Of a stretch of 64,000 nucleotides of DNA, positions 30,691 to 40,213 are shown one piece after another. The stretch's first letter is position 1. The number at the start of each line of letters is the position of its first letter. The stretch covers positions 149,862-213,861 of the forward strand of contig JAKALS010000002.1 of assembly GCA_021813145.1 (NCBI GenBank), read 5' to 3'. Below the pieces are notes generated by a model. It made no database searches. It worked only from the letters and a program-made list of their open reading frames with translations, and was not told the origin of the DNA. The DNA comes from a bacterium. Lineage in GTDB: Bacteria; Patescibacteriota; Microgenomatia; Levybacterales; UBA12049. Position numbers and translations under genes: made by a program.

Positions 30691-32383
30691 TTATTCTTTG
30701 CTCCTTATAATATTTTAACAAATCCGAAGCATTAATTCCTTCAAACAAAATGTTTCCTAATTTATCTTTAATTGTAAATAGAGGCTTAAGAGTTTTTGGA
30801 AAATCAACAGGATTGGAAATAAAAAGAGCCGTATAATTCATTTGAGCAGAAAAAGTTGAAATTGTAGGTAAGTTTTGCACAAAGTATATATTATCAATCT
30901 TATCTACCGAAATCCAGCCGTCAGAGGCCTCATGAAATGACACATTCACTTTTTTTTGGAAATTACTAGGAGAATACTTATTGTAGAATAAATAATAAAC
31001 ATATTGTTTTGTATCATTAAGGTGGCGGGAAATATAGATTCTATCGTATTTATTTCTTTGACTAAAAACTGTTTTCATCAAATCTTCATATCCGTATTGC
31101 GAATAAAGAGAGTAATAATTTTTAAAATAGGTTGTATAATTTATCCAAAAAATAAACACAGAGAAAAAAACTATAAAAGAAATAAAAATATAGGAAAGTT
31201 TTTTGAGATATTTATAATCAGGCCTGGAGATAAGTTCAATGAGATAAAATAGGCCTATTCCCTCAATAATCAGGAGGAAGGGAATCATTATTGAAGCTCT
31301 TCCATAATGCCCTGCCCCTGTCAAAGAATCGGGTATAGGAGCTATCAAAAGTAACAAAATAATCAAAAATCCGTTTTTATCCCTATATTTAAGGATTCTA
31401 AATAGACCTAAAATCAATAATAAAACACCAAAAACGTAATCAAGTCCCCTCTGTGGAAGTATTGAATACTGTGTTTCGGTACCATTGTTATAAAGAAAAT
31501 TTATATTAAAGTGTGCAGTATAATTCTTTGCGAAAGTAGAAGTAAAAAGGAAAACCTTATTATCGGCTATTTTACAAATAAGTGAAATATAAGTCTTTTG
31601 ACACGCTCCTCTTTCATCATTAAGGGTATTTATTAAACCTATACTGTTAACATTGTTTATGATTCCCACCTGTGTGAAACGGACACCGGCAGTAGTATCT
31701 TTCGTAAGAAAATTTGGTATTAAAACTATTACAAACAAAATGAATGCTATTAGATATTGTTTATAATTTTTAAAAACTATTTTCTTGTTCCAGAACAGCA
31801 ACAAAACGGCAACCAAAGGAAGAAAAAGGACATAAGCGGAATAGGTATATAAAACCAGGGCAAACAGTAACACTGAAATATATAAATAGTTTATTTTTTT
31901 AAGGGAATGCAAATAAATAAAAAAAGAAAAAAGAAAAATGGTTATGGCAATATTTGGCTCTATTGTCACTCTACTCAAGCCAATAGCCCAAGGAGAAATC
32001 GCAAGCAAAAATGATGCAAATAAACCTATTTTTTCATTAAATAATTTTTTTCCCAAAAAAAATAGCAACAGTACGGAAATAACCCCGAAAAGGGCAGAAG
32101 GAAATCTCACCGAAAAACTGTTCAATCCAAAAAACAAAATAGACGGAACTGTTAGATATCTTAGTAAGGGGGCAGGATAATCTCCAAAAGCGATAAAATG
32201 TAGCGGTAGAAATTGATTCCATTGGTCTCTTCCGGTTAAAAGTATTGAATATGCATCCCAACCGACTCCTGCTTCGTCATTTGTTAATCCTGACGGAATG
32301 CTTCCAAGCATATAAAACCTTAAAAATGCTGCAAGTAAGATTATAAAGATTAATGAAAGTCTCCAATTAAATATTTTTTTCAT
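30674..32383 (-). CDS. PMT_2/GT39-like glycosyltransferase (tandem paralog 3 of 3)
   Basis: 569 aa; 'PSGLTNDEAGVGWDAYSILLTGRDQWNQFLPL'. Confidence 0.6.
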   Translation of the reverse strand: MKKIFNWRLSLIFIILLAAFLRFYMLGSIPSGLTNDEAGVGWDAYSILLTGRDQWNQFLPLHFIAFGDYPAPLLRYLTVPSILFFGLNSFSVRFPSALFGVISVLLLFFLGKKLFNEKIGLFASFLLAISPWAIGLSRVTIEPNIAITIFLFSFFIYLHSLKKINYLYISVLLFALVLYTYSAYVLFLPLVAVLLLFWNKKIVFKNYKQYLIAFILFVIVLIPNFLTKDTTAGVRFTQVGIINNVNSIGLINTLNDERGACQKTYISLICKIADNKVFLFTSTFAKNYTAHFNINFLYNNGTETQYSILPQRGLDYVFGVLLLILGLFRILKYRDKNGFLIILLLLIAPIPDSLTGAGHYGRASIMIPFLLIIEGIGLFYLIELISRPDYKYLKKLSYIFISFIVFFSVFIFWINYTTYFKNYYSLYSQYGYEDLMKTVFSQRNKYDRIYISRHLNDTKQYVYYLFYNKYSPSNFQKKVNVSFHEASDGWISVDKIDNIYFVQNLPTISTFSAQMNYTALFISNPVDFPKTLKPLFTIKDKLGNILFEGINASDLLKYYKEQRINVSST

Positions 32384-32955
32384 TTATTACCAGTAAACCA
32401 CATGTTTAAGCCCATTTCAAAATATCCGCTTTTTATGTTTCTGAAATTGTCATTTTTTAAATAATCTCTGATTATTTTTGACGTCAGATTATGTTTGTGT
32501 TCGTGTATTTCTTCTTTACTTACAAAGCCAGTCCTTGCCATAATTTTTAATATTTTATCTGACCAGGGCGCGGGAGTTGTCATTACCAGAACTCCTCCCT
32601 TTTTTAATACCCTATTAACTTCTTTTAAAACAAAAGAGATTTTTTTATGGTCAAGGTGTTCAAAAACCGCAAGCATTGTTACTGCATCAAAAAAATTATC
32701 CCTAAAAGGTAACTTTTGTTTTGTAATATCTCCTTTTTTAAGTTTTAAGTTTTCTATTTTAAGTTTTGTCAGCGACGGATCTATACCGTATCTTTCCTTA
32801 AATTTTGTGTTTAGAAGAAAATAAGGAGAAGATCCGCATCCTACATCCAGTACTCTTTCTTTTTTTGTCTTTCTTAAAAGAATGTTTGCCCTTTGCGCTC
32901 TTTTTTTTGACAAAAATCCTTCAAGTAATCCCGTTCCTCTTGTTACGTTTGCCAT
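32380..32955 (-). CDS. class I SAM-dependent methyltransferase
   Basis: 191 aa; 'RVLDVGCGSSPYF...AVTMLAVFEHL...LKKGGVLVMTTP'. Confidence 0.75.
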   Translation of the reverse strand: MANVTRGTGLLEGFLSKKRAQRANILLRKTKKERVLDVGCGSSPYFLLNTKFKERYGIDPSLTKLKIENLKLKKGDITKQKLPFRDNFFDAVTMLAVFEHLDHKKISFVLKEVNRVLKKGGVLVMTTPAPWSDKILKIMARTGFVSKEEIHEHKHNLTSKIIRDYLKNDNFRNIKSGYFEMGLNMWFTGNK

Positions 32956-32956
32956 A

Positions 32957-33664
32957 TTAATTTGTAAACCTGTATTTGAATAAATACCAAAGTGCTTTTG
33001 AACCGTCCCTTACCGTATTGAGCTTTTTACCTTCTTCGTATCCCCTGGGAGTTGCTTTTATGGATACCTCTTTTATTTTATAGCCCTGCTTTAATAATTT
33101 GGATGTAATTTCGGGCTCGAACTCGAATCCTCTTGCGTTAATTTTTATAAGAGAAACCGCTTTTTTGGGAAAAAGCTTATAACACGTTTCCATATCGGTA
33201 AGCCATTGCCCGTAAAGAACACTTGTAACAAGGCTTAAAAATCTGTTGCCGAAATAATGGAGTATGAAAAGATGTTTTGCTTCTTCTTTATTCAAATGAG
33301 GCATTCTGTTTAATCTTGTTCCGTATACGACTTCTGCCTTTTTTTCCATAATTGGTTTTAAAAGATTTTTTATCTGGTTAGGGTGATATTCCAAATCCGC
33401 ATCCTGAATTAAAATATATTCTCCCTTTGCCGATTTTATACCTGTTTTTACTGCTGCTCCCTTGCCCTGATTTTTGGAATGAGTTAAAACTTTAACCCTT
33501 GTACTCTTTAATTTTTTAATAAGATTTGCCGTGGAATCAGTTGAGCCGTCATTTACAACAATTACTTCATAAATAACAGGTATATCGGCTTTTTTAAGCC
33601 TTCCTAAGATTTGAAGGATTGTTTTTTCCTCGTTATATACGGGAACTATTACAGATAATTTCAT
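32957..33664 (-). CDS. GT2 Dpm1-like polyprenyl-phosphate sugar synthase (soluble)
   Basis: 235 aa; 'LSVIVPVYNEEKTI...EVIVVNDGSTDST...GKGAAVKTG...QDADLEY'. Confidence 0.75.
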   Translation of the reverse strand: MKLSVIVPVYNEEKTILQILGRLKKADIPVIYEVIVVNDGSTDSTANLIKKLKSTRVKVLTHSKNQGKGAAVKTGIKSAKGEYILIQDADLEYHPNQIKNLLKPIMEKKAEVVYGTRLNRMPHLNKEEAKHLFILHYFGNRFLSLVTSVLYGQWLTDMETCYKLFPKKAVSLIKINARGFEFEPEITSKLLKQGYKIKEVSIKATPRGYEEGKKLNTVRDGSKALWYLFKYRFTN

Positions 33665-35605
33665 TTATATTTTATAAAGAGCGGATTCTCCTTTACCATT
33701 AATTAACTTCAGTTTTATAAACTTATCGGCGCAAGTATTCTTTTTTAAAAGTAAAAGGTATTGATTATTACTTTCTTCCATCAAATTTATTATGTTATGT
33801 TCAGCAGTTTTTGGATTACTACAATTTACCATATTTTCAGCTATTTTATCTATAATCATTTTTCTTTTATCTACAACATTATTTAAACCTTGAAATTGCG
33901 CTATTTCTTCTTCGTAATAAACGGGGTGTCCGCTTATACCAGCAATTAACGGGCTGCTGTATAAAGTTTCATACGTTCCTTTTATTATTGGCCTATTTAT
34001 TACTATAATTCCCGTTCTTGAAGGCAAATTTCTTATTATTTTTGTTTTTTCTACTAGCCCGGAATCTATAAATGTAGGGTCTATGGAATAAGTCATAAAA
34101 GTTTTAAAAAAATCTGGAAAGAATAAAACAAAAAATATTACTAGGCTAATGATAAAAAGTTTTCTGTTTTTGTCTATTACGTTCCCTATGACATAAGCGG
34201 TAGGAACCAAAAGTATTATATAACCGGCCCAAAAAAACTGGATGTTTTGAAATGTTGAACTGCTCTGTACAAAAAGGCTTGGAATAATGAATGAAATTAA
34301 TATAGTAGTTAGCCAAAATATATTATTTAGGCTATAAAACTTTTTACTAAACAATTTTTTAAACTTTAAAAAAACTACCACTCTTATTCCTAAGCTTGTA
34401 AACAAAAATATAAATATTGCTACTGCATAAAAAAAGGCAATATGAATGTAATTATGCGACTGAACATAAATAGGGAAATTAACATTCCAATGCCAGTTAT
34501 TAAAAATCCAAGCGCTATCGATAAAGTTTTTATAAATAAGAAAGGGGGCAAAAACAAGACTTCCTGCACCAAAATTAATCGGTAAAAAAACAATTGAGGA
34601 AATAATTCCTGATAAGATAAAGGTTTTTAATAATTGGAAATTTCTTTTTTTATATAAGTCCCATAATGCAATAATTCCAAAACCAGTATAAAAAATAATT
34701 GATGGATAAATTTTTACTTCGGGAAGAATGCCTATTATAAGGGCTGGTAAAAAGAAAGCCCACTTTTTTCCTTTTGAAAACAGCAATATAAAGCCTATAA
34801 AAAAGAATCCTACGGAAATAATTACCGTAGGATCAAGCATATTTGCTATAGACTGCATGATTCCTGCCGAGTTGTAATAATAATTAAATAACCTGTAAAT
34901 ATAATAAGCGTAAAAATCAAAACTCTGTGCAAAATACATTAGGATAATAAAAATTATAAGTGTAAAATTTTTCCATTTTAAAAATCTTCCGAGTGAGAGA
35001 GATGAAATTCCATAAAGAACAGATATAAATAAAGCAAAATCCCTAAAGAATAAATCAAAAACATTCAAATGATAAAATTTAGAGAATTCTGCAATGAGAA
35101 AATCATAAAAAATATGATAGCCTCTTAAGGGAACACCCGCCAAACCTGGATGAACAGGAGGAAAGCCGGAAATAAGGCTGTAAATTAATGACGTATTAAA
35201 CAGCGAGTCTGCCGAATTAATTCCATAAAAGACCAATTTACCGTTATCGTATAATCCCGAACGCAAAGTCAAATATGACATGGAAAGAGAACCAATAATA
35301 ATAAGAAGATACTCGGGAGAAACTATTTTTCTTATCTCAACCTTTTCTTTTAACTCAAGGTAAGACTTCTTTCCCTCAAAAAGTAACGCAAAAGGAATAA
35401 CAAGATTGAATAGATAATCAAGCTTTATAAAAGACAAAATAAATGTCAAAAATAAGAATAGGGAAATACCGATAATCAAAGAGGAGGTAAATGTAATTAT
35501 AAAATCTCCAAATTTATAACCGGAAATCCTTAAGGTAAATCTTCCGGGAAGATAAAAAACAATAAATGCAAGGAAAAAGAATAAAAGCAAATTTAATAAC
35601 TGCAT
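33665..35605 (-). CDS. large polytopic membrane protein, unknown (GT-C/polymerase-like architecture)
   Basis: 646 aa; about 14 predicted TM segments followed by a C-terminal soluble domain of about 150 aa; no motif I can name. Confidence 0.45.
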   Translation of the reverse strand: MQLLNLLLFFFLAFIVFYLPGRFTLRISGYKFGDFIITFTSSLIIGISLFLFLTFILSFIKLDYLFNLVIPFALLFEGKKSYLELKEKVEIRKIVSPEYLLIIIGSLSMSYLTLRSGLYDNGKLVFYGINSADSLFNTSLIYSLISGFPPVHPGLAGVPLRGYHIFYDFLIAEFSKFYHLNVFDLFFRDFALFISVLYGISSLSLGRFLKWKNFTLIIFIILMYFAQSFDFYAYYIYRLFNYYYNSAGIMQSIANMLDPTVIISVGFFFIGFILLFSKGKKWAFFLPALIIGILPEVKIYPSIIFYTGFGIIALWDLYKKRNFQLLKTFILSGIISSIVFLPINFGAGSLVFAPFLIYKNFIDSAWIFNNWHWNVNFPIYVQSHNYIHIAFFYAVAIFIFLFTSLGIRVVVFLKFKKLFSKKFYSLNNIFWLTTILISFIIPSLFVQSSSTFQNIQFFWAGYIILLVPTAYVIGNVIDKNRKLFIISLVIFFVLFFPDFFKTFMTYSIDPTFIDSGLVEKTKIIRNLPSRTGIIVINRPIIKGTYETLYSSPLIAGISGHPVYYEEEIAQFQGLNNVVDKRKMIIDKIAENMVNCSNPKTAEHNIINLMEESNNQYLLLLKKNTCADKFIKLKLINGKGESALYKI

Positions 35606-36528
35606 TCTTCTATAACTTCTTTATCCGACAAAACAAAGCTTTTCTGGTACCTTAAACTGGATTTTATTACTTTGGGAAGTAAAATAAAAGCACTAAAAAA
35701 CCCTAAAAAGAACTGCCAATCCAATCTAAACAATGCTTTTATTAAATGGTAAGGGAGCCAAATGCATTCCCCGATCTGTAAATTTGTATCGGTTGCGTTT
35801 TCCCAGGCAAAAATAAACTGGTTTCTGTATGCAATCCTTTTTACCTGACCTGAAGAATATTTACTTTTTATCGAACCTTTTTCGTGATAATGTTCGACCA
35901 CACTCTTAGGTTCAAAAACTATTTTATATCCAGACTTTAACGCTCTATAAGAAAGGTCTATGTCTTCATAATAAAAGGGGTTGTAGAGCTCGTTTAGTCC
36001 CCCAAGTTTTTCCCATATCCATTTCCTGAATGCTCCCGAGCCCCCGCTCACCCAAAGGGTGTTTGTCTTATTTACCTCCCCTTTCCTGTGGACAAGAAAG
36101 CCCCTTTTCCATTCCCCGAGGCCTCTTCCCCTAAGAATTATCTCGTCTTTTTCTATGCTTTTGTCCATGCAGCCCACCGCAAATACTTTTTCATCTTTAA
36201 AATGCTCAAGAAGCGGATTTAAAAAATCTTTTTCCGGAACCACATCGGTATTCAAAAGAATCACTATTTCTCCCCTTGCCTCTTTTACCCCCTTATTTAC
36301 AGTTGAAGAAAACCCCAAATTTTTCTCATTCTCTATCAATTTTAAATTTGTAATCTGTGATTTGAAATTTGAAATTACATCTTTGCTCCCATCCGAAGAT
36401 GCATCATCTACTATTATTATTTCCGTTTTTCCGCCTTTATACCCTGAAAGAGCTTCCATTACCTTTGGAATATTTTTTTCAATAAGTTTTTCTCCGTTAT
36501 AATTTGGAATTACTATCGAAATATCCAT
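35593..36528 (-). CDS. GT2-family glycosyltransferase
   Basis: 311 aa; 'ISIVIPNYNGEKLI...IIIVDDASSDGS...LNTDV...WVSGGSGAFRK'. Confidence 0.8.
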   Translation of the reverse strand: MDISIVIPNYNGEKLIEKNIPKVMEALSGYKGGKTEIIIVDDASSDGSKDVISNFKSQITNLKLIENEKNLGFSSTVNKGVKEARGEIVILLNTDVVPEKDFLNPLLEHFKDEKVFAVGCMDKSIEKDEIILRGRGLGEWKRGFLVHRKGEVNKTNTLWVSGGSGAFRKWIWEKLGGLNELYNPFYYEDIDLSYRALKSGYKIVFEPKSVVEHYHEKGSIKSKYSSGQVKRIAYRNQFIFAWENATDTNLQIGECIWLPYHLIKALFRLDWQFFLGFFSAFILLPKVIKSSLRYQKSFVLSDKEVIEECSY

Positions 36529-36571
36529 ATCATTAAAAAAATCCTAGACCCTAATAAATTCTAAACTTATG

Positions 36572-36595
36572 TTCTAATGATTAGAATCATTAGAA
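36572..36595. promoter_or_regulatory. perfect 11-bp inverted repeat with 2-nt spacer (ttctaatgatt-ag-aatcattagaa) between the YfhO-like gene and the downstream GT2 gene
   Basis: Read directly from sequence at 36572..36595; overlaps the stop codon of 36590..38863; no adjacent U-run on the transcribed strand. Confidence 0.4.
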
Positions 36596-38863
36596 CAGTG
36601 TGTCGTAAAATTCTATCGTGTGTTCCCCCTTGGGAACTATTACTCCCCTAAAATTATAATCCGTTCTGAATATCTTTGTTTGCTTTCCGTCTATTTTTGC
36701 GTGCCAGGTGGGATAATAGCTGTCCGTTAAAACCATAAAAGCTTTTCCCGCCGTTAATGTTTTAATGACCACTTTATTTTCCCCGTAATAACTTATTTGC
36801 GCCTGTCCTCCGCTCCAATTTGTCGTAAATTTATTTACTCCTTCGACAACTGCCCTGTTATTAAGAAGAAAATTGGGGTCGAACATCTTATTTATTGCAT
36901 CCTGCTTTGAGGTTGCAACAACCGTAGTAGGTACAAAAAATGCTCTGGGCAAAGCGTTTTTGTTTGCGTAAACATTTACGGTCCCGTCGGAGAATACGGG
37001 AGTAAGATTGGGATCTTTTATGTTCTCGAGGCTTAATACATAAACAACATTCATAAAAGAAATAAGACGCGAAGAATAATTTTGGGGTGTAATTATCCTG
37101 TTAAAACCAAACGGAGTAGAGATATCGGGTTTATTCCTTCCAACGGCTGCCATTAACTCTCCGTAGCGCTGAAGATACAAGGGATCGTATCCGTCCAATG
37201 TCTGGATTTTATACATATCCGAAAAGTTAGGAGGCAGAATTTTGGAATCCAGGGACATCACCCTAAAAGGTCCGCCCGAGTTTTGCTGCTCTAAAAAAGT
37301 CATTACCGCCTGGGAAGGAAAAAGATAAGCTTTGTTTGTAAAAGGCTCAAATTTCCACCCGAATCGGAAAAGGTCAAATAAAGATACAAGAATTAAAAGA
37401 TAAGAAATAATAAGTATGTAAGGAAATTTGCCAAGCTTCCCTTTTAAAAATACGGAAACAACAAGAATTAAAGTAACAACTGCAAATATGACAGAAGGCA
37501 AAATAAGATTTTGTTTTGCAACGCTTAAATCTGCAGGAGCAAGAATATGCCCGTGAAGGAATAGGACAAAAGTCCAAAGACCCGCAAAAGCCAGAGCAAA
37601 GATTCCAAGAATATATAGAATTGGTTTTTTGTTTTTTAAAGAAACGTAATAGTCCATTCCAAGGGCCGCCAAAACACTCAGGGAAAAATCAATTAAAAAC
37701 AACAGTCTTGTCGGCTGTGCCGTAGAAATAAACGGAATGTTCAGTTTAAAAGGAATTTTTGCAAAAATAGTCGGGAGGGCAAAAAATAAAGAAACGAAAA
37801 ATACCGTACCGAAAAATAAAGTCTTTTTGTCGCGCCTGAAAAATAGAGCAAAAAAAGCGGTTATAAGAGGAAAAATTCCGATGTATCCGATAAACTCCGC
37901 ATAGTTCCACACCCCGAAATAATTAAGGGTGGCGGGGTTCCCGAAAAAGTCCGGGGCCAAAAACTGCACCAGATTTTGCCATGGAATAAACCAGCCTGCC
38001 TGGGTATATCCGGGAAGGTCAACGTTTCTTGCCGAAAGGAGAATAAATCGTAGAGTAGGCAGCCACTGGACCAACGTCAGAATTAAGAATAAAAAAGTAA
38101 GAATTAAGAATAATAACAAAGATTTTAATTTTTTTCCCTGTTGGAAGAGCCTTGCGAGAAAATACGCAAGAGATATAAGTGAAAGGTAGAAAAAAGTTTG
38201 AAGGTGTCCCGCAAAAAAGGAAAAAACCAATGATAAAACGAATATGCTTCCCCAGATAATTATTGATTTTTGATTGCCGATTTTTCTTTTTTCAAATATT
38301 TTGTCTATGGATAACAAAACCAGCGGTAGCCACAAAGCGGTATTTCCAATTGTTCCCCATTCAAGCCATGCAATTGAAAAACCGCAAAAAGCAAACGCCG
38401 AAGCACCCAAAAAAGAAGCCTCTTTTCTAATCTTTAAATTTGTTAGATACAAATAAAGGAACAGTCCGGCTAAAATTGGCTGGATAATAATTAGAAGGCT
38501 CCAGGAAAAAGAAAAAGGCAAGACAAAAAACAGTAAGTTAAAGGGATAAAAAACAGCCGACTGGAAATTAGCCAGTAAGGGATAACCCGCAAAGTTATAC
38601 GGATTCCACAAAGGCAAACTCAAATTCTTTTCCGCCTGAATTACAAGATTTCTCCAGGGATATTGCTGTCTAACCGGATCCGTTACGAGAAAATTTTTAT
38701 ATGGTACTCCGTTTGGGTTTGTCTTTTGGTAAATTTCCCTGAAAGGATAATAAAGGCCGACTATTGTATCGGAAGGAATTGGCAAAAGCCCTTTTAGCAA
38801 AAACTGCCAGAAAAATACCAAAACAGCAAGAACTATTATTAATAAATAAAAATATCTTTTCAT
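36590..38863 (-). CDS. YfhO-family membrane glycosyltransferase-like protein (paralog 1 of 3)
   Basis: 757 aa; N-terminal 'DPVRQQYPWRN...LPLWNPYNFAGYPLLANFQSAVFYPFNLLFF', then about 13 TM helices, a soluble C-terminal domain and a terminal TM. Confidence 0.55.
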   Translation of the reverse strand: MKRYFYLLIIVLAVLVFFWQFLLKGLLPIPSDTIVGLYYPFREIYQKTNPNGVPYKNFLVTDPVRQQYPWRNLVIQAEKNLSLPLWNPYNFAGYPLLANFQSAVFYPFNLLFFVLPFSFSWSLLIIIQPILAGLFLYLYLTNLKIRKEASFLGASAFAFCGFSIAWLEWGTIGNTALWLPLVLLSIDKIFEKRKIGNQKSIIIWGSIFVLSLVFSFFAGHLQTFFYLSLISLAYFLARLFQQGKKLKSLLLFLILTFLFLILTLVQWLPTLRFILLSARNVDLPGYTQAGWFIPWQNLVQFLAPDFFGNPATLNYFGVWNYAEFIGYIGIFPLITAFFALFFRRDKKTLFFGTVFFVSLFFALPTIFAKIPFKLNIPFISTAQPTRLLFLIDFSLSVLAALGMDYYVSLKNKKPILYILGIFALAFAGLWTFVLFLHGHILAPADLSVAKQNLILPSVIFAVVTLILVVSVFLKGKLGKFPYILIISYLLILVSLFDLFRFGWKFEPFTNKAYLFPSQAVMTFLEQQNSGGPFRVMSLDSKILPPNFSDMYKIQTLDGYDPLYLQRYGELMAAVGRNKPDISTPFGFNRIITPQNYSSRLISFMNVVYVLSLENIKDPNLTPVFSDGTVNVYANKNALPRAFFVPTTVVATSKQDAINKMFDPNFLLNNRAVVEGVNKFTTNWSGGQAQISYYGENKVVIKTLTAGKAFMVLTDSYYPTWHAKIDGKQTKIFRTDYNFRGVIVPKGEHTIEFYDTLF

Positions 38864-39912
38864 TTAATAAGTTCGTTGACCTCCCTGCAAAACCTTTCTT
38901 TCCCGAACGTTTTTGCAAACTCCGACGAATTTTTAGAGATCTTTAATAAAAGCTTCGGATCTTTTGCCAACTTTAAAGTCTTTGATTTTAGCTGCTCCAG
39001 CGTATCCCACAAGAAACCTGTCTCGCCCTCTTTTACTATCTCTTTTTGCCCTCCCGCGTTTATTACAACCGGAACAGCTCCCGCGCTCATTGCTTCTACC
39101 GTTGAAATTCCGAAGTGTTCTGCAAAATGTGGATTTTCTTCCAGATTCTCTCCGAATCCGGATGCATGCCAGTAAATTTTTGCTTTTGAATAAATCTTTC
39201 CCAAATCATCATTTGAGGAGTTTACTATAAAGTCTACAGGATAACCTTTAACGGAATTTTTTACTTCTTCAAATTTTTCCAAATCGCCCTCTCTTATACT
39301 TACAGCCATTACCAGTTTCCACCCTTTAAATCCATTGTCCACCATATCCTTAAAAGCCTTTACCATGACAAATTGTTTTTTAAAGTCGTCTATTCCTGTT
39401 ACATTTTTTATTCTGAATCTCCCCACGTGAAGTATTATATTTTCTTTGTTTTTAGAAAAAGGATAAAGACTTACGGGAGGGTATATTACGGATGATTTTA
39501 CGGGTAAATTTTTACCGTTATAATTTTTTGTATACAAAGAGTTGTAAAAGACACCGCTTATTCTTGAAAGTTTAATCCTTGATTTTTCTATATTTTTAAG
39601 AGGCTGTTGGATATGAAGAAAAGTTTTTTTTGAAAAAAGAAAAGGCAAGCTTCCGTCGCTTAGTACTATTATTGCGTCGTATTTTCTGCTTTCTTTAAGT
39701 TTATCTATAAAACCCAGGGCAAATATATTTTTTGTAATTTTTACTTTTGATAGGTCTATCGTAAAGCGTTTAAGAAGCTCATCCAAATCCTCCCTCCTGT
39801 CCCAGAACACGCTTACATCGTTTTCCCCGGACAGACACTGGGCAAGCGTCATCATATACTTTTCCCCGCCGCCGAGGTCATCCAAATAAGGGTCGAAAAT
39901 CCCTACTTTCAC
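38860..39912 (-). CDS. glycosyltransferase family 4
   Basis: 350 aa; 'ISTVEAMSAGAVPVVINAGGQKEIVKEGETGFLWD'. Confidence 0.75.
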   Translation of the reverse strand: MKVGIFDPYLDDLGGGEKYMMTLAQCLSGENDVSVFWDRREDLDELLKRFTIDLSKVKITKNIFALGFIDKLKESRKYDAIIVLSDGSLPFLFSKKTFLHIQQPLKNIEKSRIKLSRISGVFYNSLYTKNYNGKNLPVKSSVIYPPVSLYPFSKNKENIILHVGRFRIKNVTGIDDFKKQFVMVKAFKDMVDNGFKGWKLVMAVSIREGDLEKFEEVKNSVKGYPVDFIVNSSNDDLGKIYSKAKIYWHASGFGENLEENPHFAEHFGISTVEAMSAGAVPVVINAGGQKEIVKEGETGFLWDTLEQLKSKTLKLAKDPKLLLKISKNSSEFAKTFGKERFCREVNELIK

Positions 39913-39940
39913 ACTCTTATTCTATCAAGTTTGCCCTCTA

Positions 39941-40213
39941 TTGCAAAGTTATCCATTAAGATTTAAAATCAAATTAATGAATAGTTTTTATAACCTTGCA
40001 CAAATTCCCCCTTATGTACTTTTTATTCTATTTATCTGGTCCCTTATCTGGAAAGGCTTGGCTCTTTGGAGAGCCGCAAAACTCGGGCAAAAAAACTGGT
40101 TTGTAGTTATGCTTGTTGTAAACTCTATAGGAATTCTTGAAATCGTATATCTTTTTTACTTTGCAAAAAAGAGAATGAAGCTTAAAGAACTTATGTTCTG
40201 GGAATCAAAATAA
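39941..40213 (+). CDS. small membrane protein (DUF5652-like)
   Basis: 90 aa; 'WSLIWKGLALWRAAKLGQKNWFVVMLVVNSIGILEIVYLFYF', two TM helices; resembles a small-protein family I associate with Patescibacteria. Confidence 0.45.
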   Translation: MQSYPLRFKIKLMNSFYNLAQIPPYVLFILFIWSLIWKGLALWRAAKLGQKNWFVVMLVVNSIGILEIVYLFYFAKKRMKLKELMFWESK

